From: Rhodothalassiaceae bacterium
Lineage (GTDB): Bacteria > Pseudomonadota > Alphaproteobacteria > Sphingomonadales > Rhodothalassiaceae
Assembly: GCA_050331575.1 (NCBI GenBank)
Contig: JBHJGS010000008.1
Location: 6,754-70,753 of the forward strand
Direction of reading: 5' to 3'
DNA: 64,000 nt
In this document: positions 56,252 to 64,000 of the stretch, piece after piece
Layout of the letters: every line of letters begins with the position of its first letter
How positions within the stretch are numbered: the first letter of the stretch is position 1
The notes under the pieces: model-generated
Seen by the model: only the letters and a program-made list of their open reading frames with translations
Told to the model about the DNA's origin: nothing
Databases searched by the model: none
Program-made: the position numbers and the translations under genes

Positions 56252-57382
56252 ATGTTCGGACGCAATGTCACCTTATTTCATCTCTTCGGCTTCGCCATCC
56301 GGGTGAATATCAGCTGGGCATTTTTGGCGATCCTGATCGCCTTGTCCCTGGCACGCGGCTTCTTCCCGGCGGTGTATGAAGGCTGGCCGGAATCGACCTA
56401 TTGGTGGATGGCCGCAGTTGGCGTGATCGGGGTGTTCTTTTCCATCGTCATCCACGAACTTTCGCATTCGCTGGCCGCGCGCGCCTTCGGTCTGCGCATG
56501 ACCGGCATCACCTTATTCCTGTTCGGCGGAATGGCGGAGATGGAGAAAGAGCCGACCAGCCCCCGTGCGGAATTGGTCATGGCGTTGGCGGGACCCGCGA
56601 TCAGCTTTGTGCTGGCCGCGCTGTTTTGGGGCCTGGGCGGCTGGGCGGAGGCCGGCGAAGAGGCCACGCCCTCCTCCGCGGTGCTGTACTATCTGGGCCT
56701 CCTCAATCTCATTCTGGCGGTGTTCAACATGATCCCGGCCTTTCCCATGGATGGGGGCCGCGCGCTGCGCGCTGGCCTGTGGGCTTGGCGCGGCAACTAT
56801 CGCTGGGCGACGAAATGGGCGTCCCGCCTGGGCGGCGCATTCGGCTTGGTGCTGATCCTGCTGGGCATTCTCTCTGCCTTTTCCGGCGCCCTGGTGCAGG
56901 GCCTATGGTGGTTCCTGATCGGCATGTTCATCAGGGCGGCGGCCCAATCCGCCTATCAGCAGATGGAGGTTCGCCGGCTGATGGGCGGGGTCACCGCCGG
57001 CGATTTGATGCGGCCGGATCCGCACGCTGTTCATCCCGACATTCCGGTGCGCGAGCTTGTGGAACACTATGTCTATGAATTTCAGCAGACCCAGTTTCCC
57101 GTGGTGCTGGACGGCGAATTGATCGGCATCGTCGGCATGGACAAGCTGCGCGAGCTTCCCAAAGAGCGCTGGGATACCACATCGGTGCGCGAAATCCTGA
57201 CACCGACGGACCAGGCCGATCTGGTCGATCCCGGCGAGGACGCAGTCGATGCCATCCGCATGCTGCAGCAGAAGGGGCTCGACGGCCTGGTGGTGGCAAA
57301 AGGCCGCCGAGCCTTGGGGCTTCTGTCGAAAGCCGATGTGATCAAGCTGCTCAATCTGAAGATGGACCTGGAGCAGGCTTAA
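56252..57382 (+). CDS. M50 site-2 protease family protein with a C-terminal CBS pair
   Basis: [10 protein letters not shown] (HExxH), [12 protein letters not shown], then two CBS-like segments. Confidence 0.85.
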   Translation: MFGRNVTLFHLFGFAIRVNISWAFLAILIALSLARGFFPAVYEGWPESTYWWMAAVGVIGVFFSIVIHELSHSLAARAFGLRMTGITLFLFGGMAEMEKEPTSPRAELVMALAGPAISFVLAALFWGLGGWAEAGEEATPSSAVLYYLGLLNLILAVFNMIPAFPMDGGRALRAGLWAWRGNYRWATKWASRLGGAFGLVLILLGILSAFSGALVQGLWWFLIGMFIRAAAQSAYQQMEVRRLMGGVTAGDLMRPDPHAVHPDIPVRELVEHYVYEFQQTQFPVVLDGELIGIVGMDKLRELPKERWDTTSVREILTPTDQADLVDPGEDAVDAIRMLQQKGLDGLVVAKGRRALGLLSKADVIKLLNLKMDLEQA

Positions 57383-58728
57383 GCCGCCAGCGGGCGCGCC
57401 GCGAGCCAGCCGTCCAGATCGGCAAGCGCGCGCCGGCTCAAGGCCGGTTTGCGCTCTTTCTTTTTTATCCGATCCGGCAGGGGTGGGAACAAGCCGAAAT
57501 TGACATTCATGGGCTGAAAGGTCTGCGCATTGGCCCCGCCGGTGATGTGCGCTACCAAGGCGCCCAACGCGGTCGTGGCCGGCGGTGGTGCCAGAGTGTG
57601 GCCGAGCCGCTCAGCAGCGGCCAGGCGGCCCGCAATCAGGCCCATGGCGGCGGATTCGACATAGCCCTCAACACCGGTGATCTGACCGGCAAATCGCAAA
57701 CGCGGCTGGGCCTTTAATCGCAGTTGACCGTCCAGGAGCTTGGGGCTGTTGATGAAGGTATTGCGGTGCAGTCCGCCGAGCCGCGCGAACCGGGCCTGCG
57801 CAAGCCCTGGAAGGGTTCGGAACAGCTCGGTCTGTGCGCCGTATTTCAGCTTCGTCTGAAAGCCGACCATATTGTAGAGCGTGCCCAGCTTATTGTCCTG
57901 ACGGAGCTGTACCACGGCGTAGGGCTGGTCCTCGCAGTGCGGATTTTTCAAGCCGACCGGCTTCATCGGCCCATATCGCAAGGTTTCCGGCCCGCGCTCC
58001 GCCATCACCTCGATCGGCATGCAGCCTTCGAAATAGGGCGTGTCCGCCTCCCACTCCTTGAAGTCGGTCTTGTCGCCACGGAGCAGTCCGTCGATGAAGG
58101 CGTCATATTGAGCCTTGCTCAGCGGGCAATTGATATAGTCAGCGCCTTCGCCTTTGTCATAACGCGACTGATACCAGGCTACCGAGAAATCGATACTGTC
58201 CTTATAGACGATCGGGGCGATGGCGTCGAAAAAGGCCAATGCATCCTCCCCGGTCAGGTCGAGGATGGCCTGGCTCAACGCCTGGGAGGTCAGCGGCCCC
58301 GTGGCAAGAATGACGCTGTCCCAGTCTTCTGGCGGTAATCCCGCAATCTCTCCGCGCTCCACCGTGACCAAGGGATGCGCCGAGAGCGTTTCGGTCACGG
58401 CATGGCTGAACCCGTCGCGATCGACGGCCAAGGCAGAGCCTGCCGGGACCTTATGCGCATCACCGGCCGCCAGGATCAGCGAGCCGGCGCGCCGCATCTC
58501 TTCGTGCAGCAGCCCCACGGCGTTGTTCTCCGCATCGTCGGAGCGGAAGGAATTGGAGCAGACCAATTCGGCCAGATGGTGGGTGTGATGAGCGGGTGTG
58601 CGCACCACCGGGCGCATCTCATGCACCACGGCGGGCACGCCGGCCTGAGCGATCTGCCACGCCGCTTCCGACCCTGCCAGCCCGCCACCGACGATATGGA
58701 TGGGTTTGTCATACGCCAATTTGGTCAC
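57379..58728 (-). CDS. trmFO: methylenetetrahydrofolate-dependent tRNA (uracil54-C5)-methyltransferase
   Basis: [32 protein letters not shown]..., [16 protein letters not shown]. 449 aa. Confidence 0.95.
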   Translation of the reverse strand: MTKLAYDKPIHIVGGGLAGSEAAWQIAQAGVPAVVHEMRPVVRTPAHHTHHLAELVCSNSFRSDDAENNAVGLLHEEMRRAGSLILAAGDAHKVPAGSALAVDRDGFSHAVTETLSAHPLVTVERGEIAGLPPEDWDSVILATGPLTSQALSQAILDLTGEDALAFFDAIAPIVYKDSIDFSVAWYQSRYDKGEGADYINCPLSKAQYDAFIDGLLRGDKTDFKEWEADTPYFEGCMPIEVMAERGPETLRYGPMKPVGLKNPHCEDQPYAVVQLRQDNKLGTLYNMVGFQTKLKYGAQTELFRTLPGLAQARFARLGGLHRNTFINSPKLLDGQLRLKAQPRLRFAGQITGVEGYVESAAMGLIAGRLAAAERLGHTLAPPPATTALGALVAHITGGANAQTFQPMNVNFGLFPPLPDRIKKKERKPALSRRALADLDGWLAARPLAA

Positions 58729-58764
58729 TCCTATGTCTTAAATTGAAAACCATTGTATTAGGCC

Positions 58765-59163
58765 TTGCTTAACGCTGTGCGCAGAATATTGGTATGGACC
58801 TCAGAGAAAAGCCAAACCCTTGTGACCGATTTTCCCGTTCCCGCCAAAGTCGCCTTCTGGTCCGTGGCCTTTGAGCGCCGCACCGTCATACGCGCTCTAC
58901 AGGTTTCCGCATTCGTTGGCACACTCTTAACGATTATCAACCAAGGCGATCTTTTGATAAAAGGCGCCTGGGAATCGGTCAACCTTCTGAAAGTATTGCT
59001 GACCTATTGCGTGCCTTACTGCGTTTCGACCTATTCGTCCGCCGCTTATGCAGTCTCTGCTGCGGCGGAACAGAAGGCCCTGATCGACCAAGCCCGCGCC
59101 TGCATGGCGCAATCGGGCCCCACCTTGCATACCATGGCAACCAGAGAGCGCTCCCATGGCTGA
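58765..59163 (+). CDS. NrtS-like small membrane protein
   Basis: Core [22 protein letters not shown]...[21 protein letters not shown] matches my recollection of the NrtS family pattern (VGTxLxxINQG...VPYxVSxYS). Lower GC than the surroundings. The N- and C-terminal extensions and the start codon are uncertain. Confidence 0.55.
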   Translation: MLNAVRRILVWTSEKSQTLVTDFPVPAKVAFWSVAFERRTVIRALQVSAFVGTLLTIINQGDLLIKGAWESVNLLKVLLTYCVPYCVSTYSSAAYAVSAAAEQKALIDQARACMAQSGPTLHTMATRERSHG

Positions 59164-59980
59164 CGACCTCTTAAAGCAAGCTCTTGCGACCATTCAAACG
59201 ATCCACGGCAATGCCGTGCGCGTCAACAGTGCGTCGAAAGACCGCGCCCAGTTCATCGCCGAGATCGTCGAACGCTCGATCGAGACCGGGGCTCATGTCG
59301 AGCAGATCGCGGAGTCCTCGCAACAGAATACCGAGGTGCTGCGGGATGCCGCAGCAAACACCTCCAAAATCGTCAGCGGGGTGCAAGAAGTGGTGGACGG
59401 CCTGATGGAGGGGCGCAATGCCACCAATGCCATGGCCGAAAGCCTGAAAAATTTCCGGACCCGGTTTGACGATGTTGGCCGGATTTCCGTGGAAATCACG
59501 GGCATTGCCAAACAGACCAACCTTCTGGCGATGAATGCGATGATCGAGGCCAGCCATGGCGGGGAAGCCGGCCGTGGCTTTGCCGTGGTCGCCAATGAGG
59601 TGAAGGACCTGGCCGAAGGGGTGCGCAAATCCGCCGCGGCAATCCAGGAGCAGATCAAGGCGCTGGCCGACCAGTTGAACGCGCTGGCGGATCAGTGCGG
59701 CACGCTGGAAATGAATATGGAAGCCAGTGCGACGGCCGGGTCAGAGAATCAGGATCGCATCGTGCATGTGGCGCATTACATCACCGAAGCCGCCGCGTCC
59801 GCTGACAGCACCGCCGACAGTGCCGCTGAACAGGTCAAGCGCTTCACCGCGTTGGTGGGCCAGCTGCAAAAGGTCAAAGACGATACCGAAAAGGCGATCC
59901 AAGGCTCGGCGACCAATATGGGCCTGGCCCAGGAAGTCTGGGACGCGCTGGACAAGCTGTGCAGCCCGGAGAAGGCCTGA
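59156..59980 (+). CDS. short cytoplasmic MCP signalling-domain protein (no TM, no HAMP, divergent tip)
   Basis: 274 aa: [35 protein letters not shown]. Overlaps the NrtS-like ORF by 8 nt (ATGGCTGA). Confidence 0.8.
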   Translation: MADDLLKQALATIQTIHGNAVRVNSASKDRAQFIAEIVERSIETGAHVEQIAESSQQNTEVLRDAAANTSKIVSGVQEVVDGLMEGRNATNAMAESLKNFRTRFDDVGRISVEITGIAKQTNLLAMNAMIEASHGGEAGRGFAVVANEVKDLAEGVRKSAAAIQEQIKALADQLNALADQCGTLEMNMEASATAGSENQDRIVHVAHYITEAAASADSTADSAAEQVKRFTALVGQLQKVKDDTEKAIQGSATNMGLAQEVWDALDKLCSPEKA

Positions 59981-59992
59981 CCAACCGGCCGG

Positions 59993-60220
59993 TCAGTGCT
60001 GCTTGGCGTCCTTCGGTTGTTCCAGCCCGCGCAGCTGGCGCAGCAGGGCGCGCTCCATATCGAAGGCGATCATTTCCGGGCCGGTGCTGACTTCCCGCTT
60101 CAGGTGCAAGATAACGGACAGTTCGACCGCAGCGGTCAGGCATTCCTGTTCCGCCTCGCTGACTTCCTCCAAGGCATATCGGATGCGCCGCAGCATAGCG
60201 TTGAGATTGGATGTTGGCAT
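59993..60220 (-). CDS. small helical hypothetical protein (75 aa)
   Basis: GC3 is high when read codon by codon. GGGGG lies about 9 nt upstream of the ATG. Charged helical translation with no recognisable family. Confidence 0.45.
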   Translation of the reverse strand: MPTSNLNAMLRRIRYALEEVSEAEQECLTAAVELSVILHLKREVSTGPEMIAFDMERALLRQLRGLEQPKDAKQH

Positions 60221-60358
60221 CGTTGGGAACCCCCACGGTTTTCTTTGTCAGGGAGCCATGGACAATCCCCCACGTCCATTCCCAAAACTGAGGAGACCCT
60301 GAGACCGTCAGTAGCGCATAATTTCTATATTTTGTTTATCGCCGAAGCTGTATCGCCG

Positions 60359-60832
60359 TCACGCCTTGGCCGGGGTTTCCGGGGTCTGTTTACCTTCGGC
60401 TTGGTCGGCCAACTGATCCAAATCCCAGCGCAACATCTTGCGCGTCGTGCGGCGCATGAACCAAGCCAAAGGCAGCGCCATCATCGCACTCATGGTCAAC
60501 GGCTTGGCAGCAAAGCTGATACGGATCCGGGCGCCGGCATCCATCGGCGTGACCTCGTAGCGGATGGTATAATGCGTGCCGTAACTCTCCGACTCTACCT
60601 GAAAGGCGTGCGGCGGGTCGAAGCTGGTTATGGTCATCTCCTCGGTCGATGCGCTGCCGAATAGCACGCGGGTTTCGCGCCAGTGGGTGCCCTGCCCAAC
60701 CGGCTTATCGCTGAGCATTTCCACAGTGCGGATTGCCCGCAGCCGATCGGCTCGCCCGGGAATATCGGCGACAATGGTGAATACCGCGTCAGGCGATGCC
60801 TGAACATCCCGGGTGACGATGATCGGGCCCAT
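60359..60832 (-). CDS. SRPBCC (START/polyketide-cyclase-like) family protein
   Basis: MGPIIVTRDVQASPDAVFTIVADIPGRADRL...THWRETRV... is a typical SRPBCC N-terminus. ATG at 60832 preferred. Confidence 0.75.
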   Translation of the reverse strand: MGPIIVTRDVQASPDAVFTIVADIPGRADRLRAIRTVEMLSDKPVGQGTHWRETRVLFGSASTEEMTITSFDPPHAFQVESESYGTHYTIRYEVTPMDAGARIRISFAAKPLTMSAMMALPLAWFMRRTTRKMLRWDLDQLADQAEGKQTPETPAKA

Positions 60833-60964
60833 GACAGATCTCCGGCGCGAGGGGTCGAACGCGCCTTCTCTGGTGCGAGCAAGTTTATCCCACAGATTGG
60901 TATCCCACAGCGGGTCCAATCGGTCAGATGTTGCTCTAGTAGCAAAGCCTTCCGGCCGCCGCTG

Positions 60965-62287
60965 TCAAGCCCCGCTGCGCTCCCAGCCGGTGCTGCCATC
61001 CGGCCGATCCAACAGCCGCACGCCCTGTTCGGCCAGCTGATCTCGGATCTGGTCGGCACGGGCAAAGTCCTTCGCCGCCCGCGCAGCCTTGCGCTCTGCG
61101 ATCAGGGCCTCGATGCGCTCGGCATCGTCGCTGGTCGTGCCGAACCAGTCCGTCTGCTGCAACAGGCCGAGAAACTGCGCGCCGGCCTTCAAGGCCGCCG
61201 GGTCGTCCAACGCCTCCAGGGCGGCGATGGCCTTGGGTGTGTTCAGGTCATCGGCAATGGCGCTGAGCACCGGGTCCGGGACGCTCTGCGCAGCCGCCAC
61301 GCCCTGGGTCTTGCGATACCAGCGGTCCAGCCGGCGGGTCTGCTCAGCCACCGCCTCATGGGTGAAGTCCAGGGGCTGGCGATAATGCGCGGACAACAGC
61401 GTCAGCCGCAACGCCTCGCCGCGATGACGGTCCAGCAGATCTTTCACCGTATGAAAATTGCCCAGCGACTTGGACATCTTCTCACCGCCGGACAGCACAT
61501 AGCCATTATGCACCCAGTAGCGGGCGAGAGGTGCGCCATGATGCGCGCACACGCTCTGCGCGATCTCATTTTCATGGTGCGGAAAGATCAGATCCTGGCC
61601 GCCTCCGTGAATGTCGATGGTCTCGCCCAGATGCGCCTGGATCATGGCGGAGCATTCCAGATGCCAGCCCGGCCGGCCGCGACCATAAGGGCTGTCCCAG
61701 CCGGGCTGGCGTGGCTCGGAGGGCTTCCACAGCACGAAATCGGCGGGGTCGCGCTTGAACGGCGCCACCTCGACCCGGGCCCCGGCCACCTGCTCCTCGC
61801 GCGAGCGGTGTGACAGGCCGCCATAATCCGGCATCGACGGGACATGAAACAGCACATGTCCCTCGGCTTCATAGGCATGGCCGGTGTCGACCAGCCGCTC
61901 GATCAGCGCCAGCATCGGCGCCAGATGCTCGGTGGCATAAGGCGTGATACTGGGCTCCAGCGCGTTCAGCGCGGCCATCTGCGCAGCATAGGCTCGGGCA
62001 TAGCGCGCCGAGATTGTGGCAATGTCGCTGCCTTCGACCTCGGCCGCAGCCATGATCTTGTCATCGATATCAGTGATGTTGCGGGCATAGATCACCGCCT
62101 CCGCGCCATAGACATGGCGGAGCAGACGGAACAACTGGTCGAACACCACCACCGGCCGGGCATTGCCGATATGGGCATAATTATAAACCGTCGGTCCGCA
62201 CACATACAGGCGCACGCGGGCCGGATCGATCGGCTCGAAGCGCTCCTTGCATCCGGAATAGCTGTTGGTCAGCCGGATCTCGGTCAC
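60965..62287 (-). CDS. cysS: cysteine--tRNA ligase
   Basis: [19 protein letters not shown] (HIGH) and KMSKSLGN (KMSKS). GTG at 62287 overlaps the gltX stop (GTGA). The track ORF's 5-prime extension to 62569 lies inside gltX. Confidence 0.92.
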   Translation of the reverse strand: MTEIRLTNSYSGCKERFEPIDPARVRLYVCGPTVYNYAHIGNARPVVVFDQLFRLLRHVYGAEAVIYARNITDIDDKIMAAAEVEGSDIATISARYARAYAAQMAALNALEPSITPYATEHLAPMLALIERLVDTGHAYEAEGHVLFHVPSMPDYGGLSHRSREEQVAGARVEVAPFKRDPADFVLWKPSEPRQPGWDSPYGRGRPGWHLECSAMIQAHLGETIDIHGGGQDLIFPHHENEIAQSVCAHHGAPLARYWVHNGYVLSGGEKMSKSLGNFHTVKDLLDRHRGEALRLTLLSAHYRQPLDFTHEAVAEQTRRLDRWYRKTQGVAAAQSVPDPVLSAIADDLNTPKAIAALEALDDPAALKAGAQFLGLLQQTDWFGTTSDDAERIEALIAERKAARAAKDFARADQIRDQLAEQGVRLLDRPDGSTGWERSGA

Positions 62288-63627
62288 GCCGCCTCTCCGC
62301 TGAGGCGCCGGATCGCGCGATCCCGCCCGATCAGCGGTAAAAGCGCGGCCAGTTCCGGACCGTGCCGCTGACCGGTCAAGGCCAGTCTCAGCGGCATGAA
62401 CAGCGCCTTGCCCTTGCGCCCGGTGGCGGATTTCAGGTCCGTGGTCCAGGCGGCCCAACTGTCCCCCGTCAAGGCGCCGGCGGGCAGATGGTCGCGCGCT
62501 TGGGCCACGAAATCCCGATCCTCGTCGGCAATGACGGGAGTGACCGGCCCCTCCACGATGGCGCGCCATTCAGCCAGATCTGCCAATTTGGCCAGATTGG
62601 GCCGGGCGGTTTCGAAAAGGGCTTGGGAAATGCCGTCCAGCTCGGGCCGCTGCTGCACCTGGTGATAGTCCAGTTGATGCACGATGCGGGCATTCAGCGT
62701 TTCCAGCTCGCCCAGATCGACCTTGGCCGGCGCCTTGCCGAAATCGGCGAAATCGAACTGCTCGATCAGGGGCTGCGGCCGGGGATAGGGCTCGATATTC
62801 CGGGAACTGCCCAGGCGCGCCAGAAAGCTCATCACCGCCATCGGCTCCAGGCCAGCCGCGCGCAGGCCGGCCAGACTGCCGAAGCCGCCTTCGCGCTTGG
62901 AGAACACCTGCCCGCCCGCCGCAGTCAGCAAGGAGACGTGCGCGAACGCCGGGGCCCGTCCGCCCAAGGCCTCATACAGCTGCACCTGCACCGCGGAGTT
63001 GGTGACATGATCCTCGCCGCGGATGACATGGCTAATGGCCTGGTCCAGATCGTCGACCACGCTGGGCAGGGTGTAAAGATAGCTGTCATCTTCCCGGATG
63101 AGGATCGGATCGGACACCGAGGCCGGGTCCAGCGTCACGGCGCCGCGCACCAGATCGTCGAACGCCACCGGCGCATCGCGGTCCAGCAAAAAGCGCCAGT
63201 GCGGCCGGCGGCCCTGCGCGTCATGCTCCGCCTTCTCAGCCTCGGTCAGCGCCAGGGCGGCGCGGTCATAGACCGGCGGCCGCCCCTGCGCCCGCTGCAG
63301 CTTGCGCTTGATGTCCAGTTCCTCCGGCGTCTCGTAGCAGGGATACAGTCGGCCGGCGGCCTTCAGGGTCTCGACCGCCTGTTGGTACAGCGAAACGCGG
63401 TCGGACTGGCGGATCTCGCTGTCCCAGTCGAGGCCCAGCCAGGTCAGGTCGCGCCGTATGCCGTCGACATAGCGTTTCTCGGAGCGCTCTTGGTCGGTAT
63501 CGTCCAGCCGCAGCAGCATATGACCGCCCTGTTGGCGCGCGAACAGCCAATTGTGGATTGCCGCCCGGGCGTTACCGACATGCAGATATCCGGTGGGGGA
63601 TGGGGCGAAGCGGACGCGGACGGCCAT
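62284..63627 (-). CDS. gltX: glutamate--tRNA ligase
   Basis: [28 protein letters not shown] (HIGH region) and VFSKREG (KMSKS-equivalent). 447 aa. Confidence 0.95.
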   Translation of the reverse strand: MAVRVRFAPSPTGYLHVGNARAAIHNWLFARQQGGHMLLRLDDTDQERSEKRYVDGIRRDLTWLGLDWDSEIRQSDRVSLYQQAVETLKAAGRLYPCYETPEELDIKRKLQRAQGRPPVYDRAALALTEAEKAEHDAQGRRPHWRFLLDRDAPVAFDDLVRGAVTLDPASVSDPILIREDDSYLYTLPSVVDDLDQAISHVIRGEDHVTNSAVQVQLYEALGGRAPAFAHVSLLTAAGGQVFSKREGGFGSLAGLRAAGLEPMAVMSFLARLGSSRNIEPYPRPQPLIEQFDFADFGKAPAKVDLGELETLNARIVHQLDYHQVQQRPELDGISQALFETARPNLAKLADLAEWRAIVEGPVTPVIADEDRDFVAQARDHLPAGALTGDSWAAWTTDLKSATGRKGKALFMPLRLALTGQRHGPELAALLPLIGRDRAIRRLSGEAA

Positions 63628-63664
63628 AGGCGAAGCAAATCCTTACTCGGAGCCCGGCTGCGGC

Positions 63665-64000
63665 TCAGTCGCCGGCGCGGGCGGTGCGGAACGCATTGGT
63701 GATGGGATAGCGGCGGTCGCGCCCGAAATTGCGCCGGGTGATCTTGACGCCGGGGGCGGCCTGCCGGCGCTTATGTTCGCTGACATAGAGCAGATGTTCA
63801 ACCCGCGCGACCGTTTGCCGATCAAAACCGCGCTGAACCAGATCCTCGCCGCCAAGCTCCTCGTCGACGAGACCTTCCAGGATCGCGTCAAGCAGGTCAT
63901 AGGGCGGCAGGCTGTCCTCGTCGCGCTGGTCCGCGCGCAGTTCCGCCGTGGGCGGCTTGGTGATGATGCGCTCGGGGATGACGCTGCCTTCCGGGCCCGC
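63665..64000 (-). CDS. nadE: NAD+ synthase, C-terminal part only (5-prime end beyond window)
   Basis: Not in the ORF track because no start lies in the window. My manual translation ends ...LLYVSEHKRRQAAPGVKITRRNFGRDRRYPITNAFRTARAGD* with the stop at 63665-63667, which is the conserved NadE C-terminus. Confidence 0.8.
   Translation of the reverse strand, partial: AGPEGSVIPERIITKPPTAELRADQRDEDSLPPYDLLDAILEGLVDEELGGEDLVQRGFDRQTVARVEHLLYVSEHKRRQAAPGVKITRRNFGRDRRYPITNAFRTARAGD

Noticed and set aside
1-64000. Mobile elements, prophage, integrative islands, tRNA/rRNA genes and toxin-antitoxin or defence operons.
   Set aside because: No transposase, integrase, recombinase, phage structural, Cas, restriction or typical defence-domain translations appear in any frame of the track. 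I saw no tRNA-like T-arm (GGTTCGAATCC-type) sequences. Compositional dips are short (about 0.3-0.8 kb) and lack flanking direct repeats.

Overview
High-GC window (roughly mid-60s % by eye, not computed) that reads as an ordinary alphaproteobacterial chromosome segment. Supporting markers are TrmFO, Bpt, DUF2336, a PFxFATGY single-domain response regulator, and motB without motA. I call about 50 protein genes, mostly housekeeping: hemB, mmsA, lepA, uvrA, murI, mnmC, trmFO, cysS, gltX, and nadE (3-prime end only). Partial genes run off both window edges. I saw no rRNA, tRNA, CRISPR, transposase, integrase or phage genes, and I did not find a clear multi-gene novel system such as a defence island. 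Many long ORFs in the track are antisense or out-of-frame artefacts of high GC. The features least explained by standard annotation are: (1) a three-hairpin repeat family (about 113-149 nt per unit) in direct-orientation arrays on both sides of mmsA; (2) a near-consensus sigma-54 promoter about 130 nt upstream of a very strong intrinsic terminator with no ORF between them, which is a candidate sRNA; (3) a roughly 1590-aa mosaic protein (DUF5060/glycosidase-like, cadherin-like, RTX, and three copies of an unnamed module) behind a sharply AT-rich regulatory island carrying exact 16-nt direct repeats; (4) an NrtS-like membrane protein translationally coupled to a truncated cytoplasmic MCP signalling domain; (5) a large patatin-like lipase start/stop-coupled between mnmC and murI; (6) a general-stress-type pair of a PRC-barrel protein and a FAT GUY receiver. 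All functional names come from reading motifs in the translations, not from database searches.
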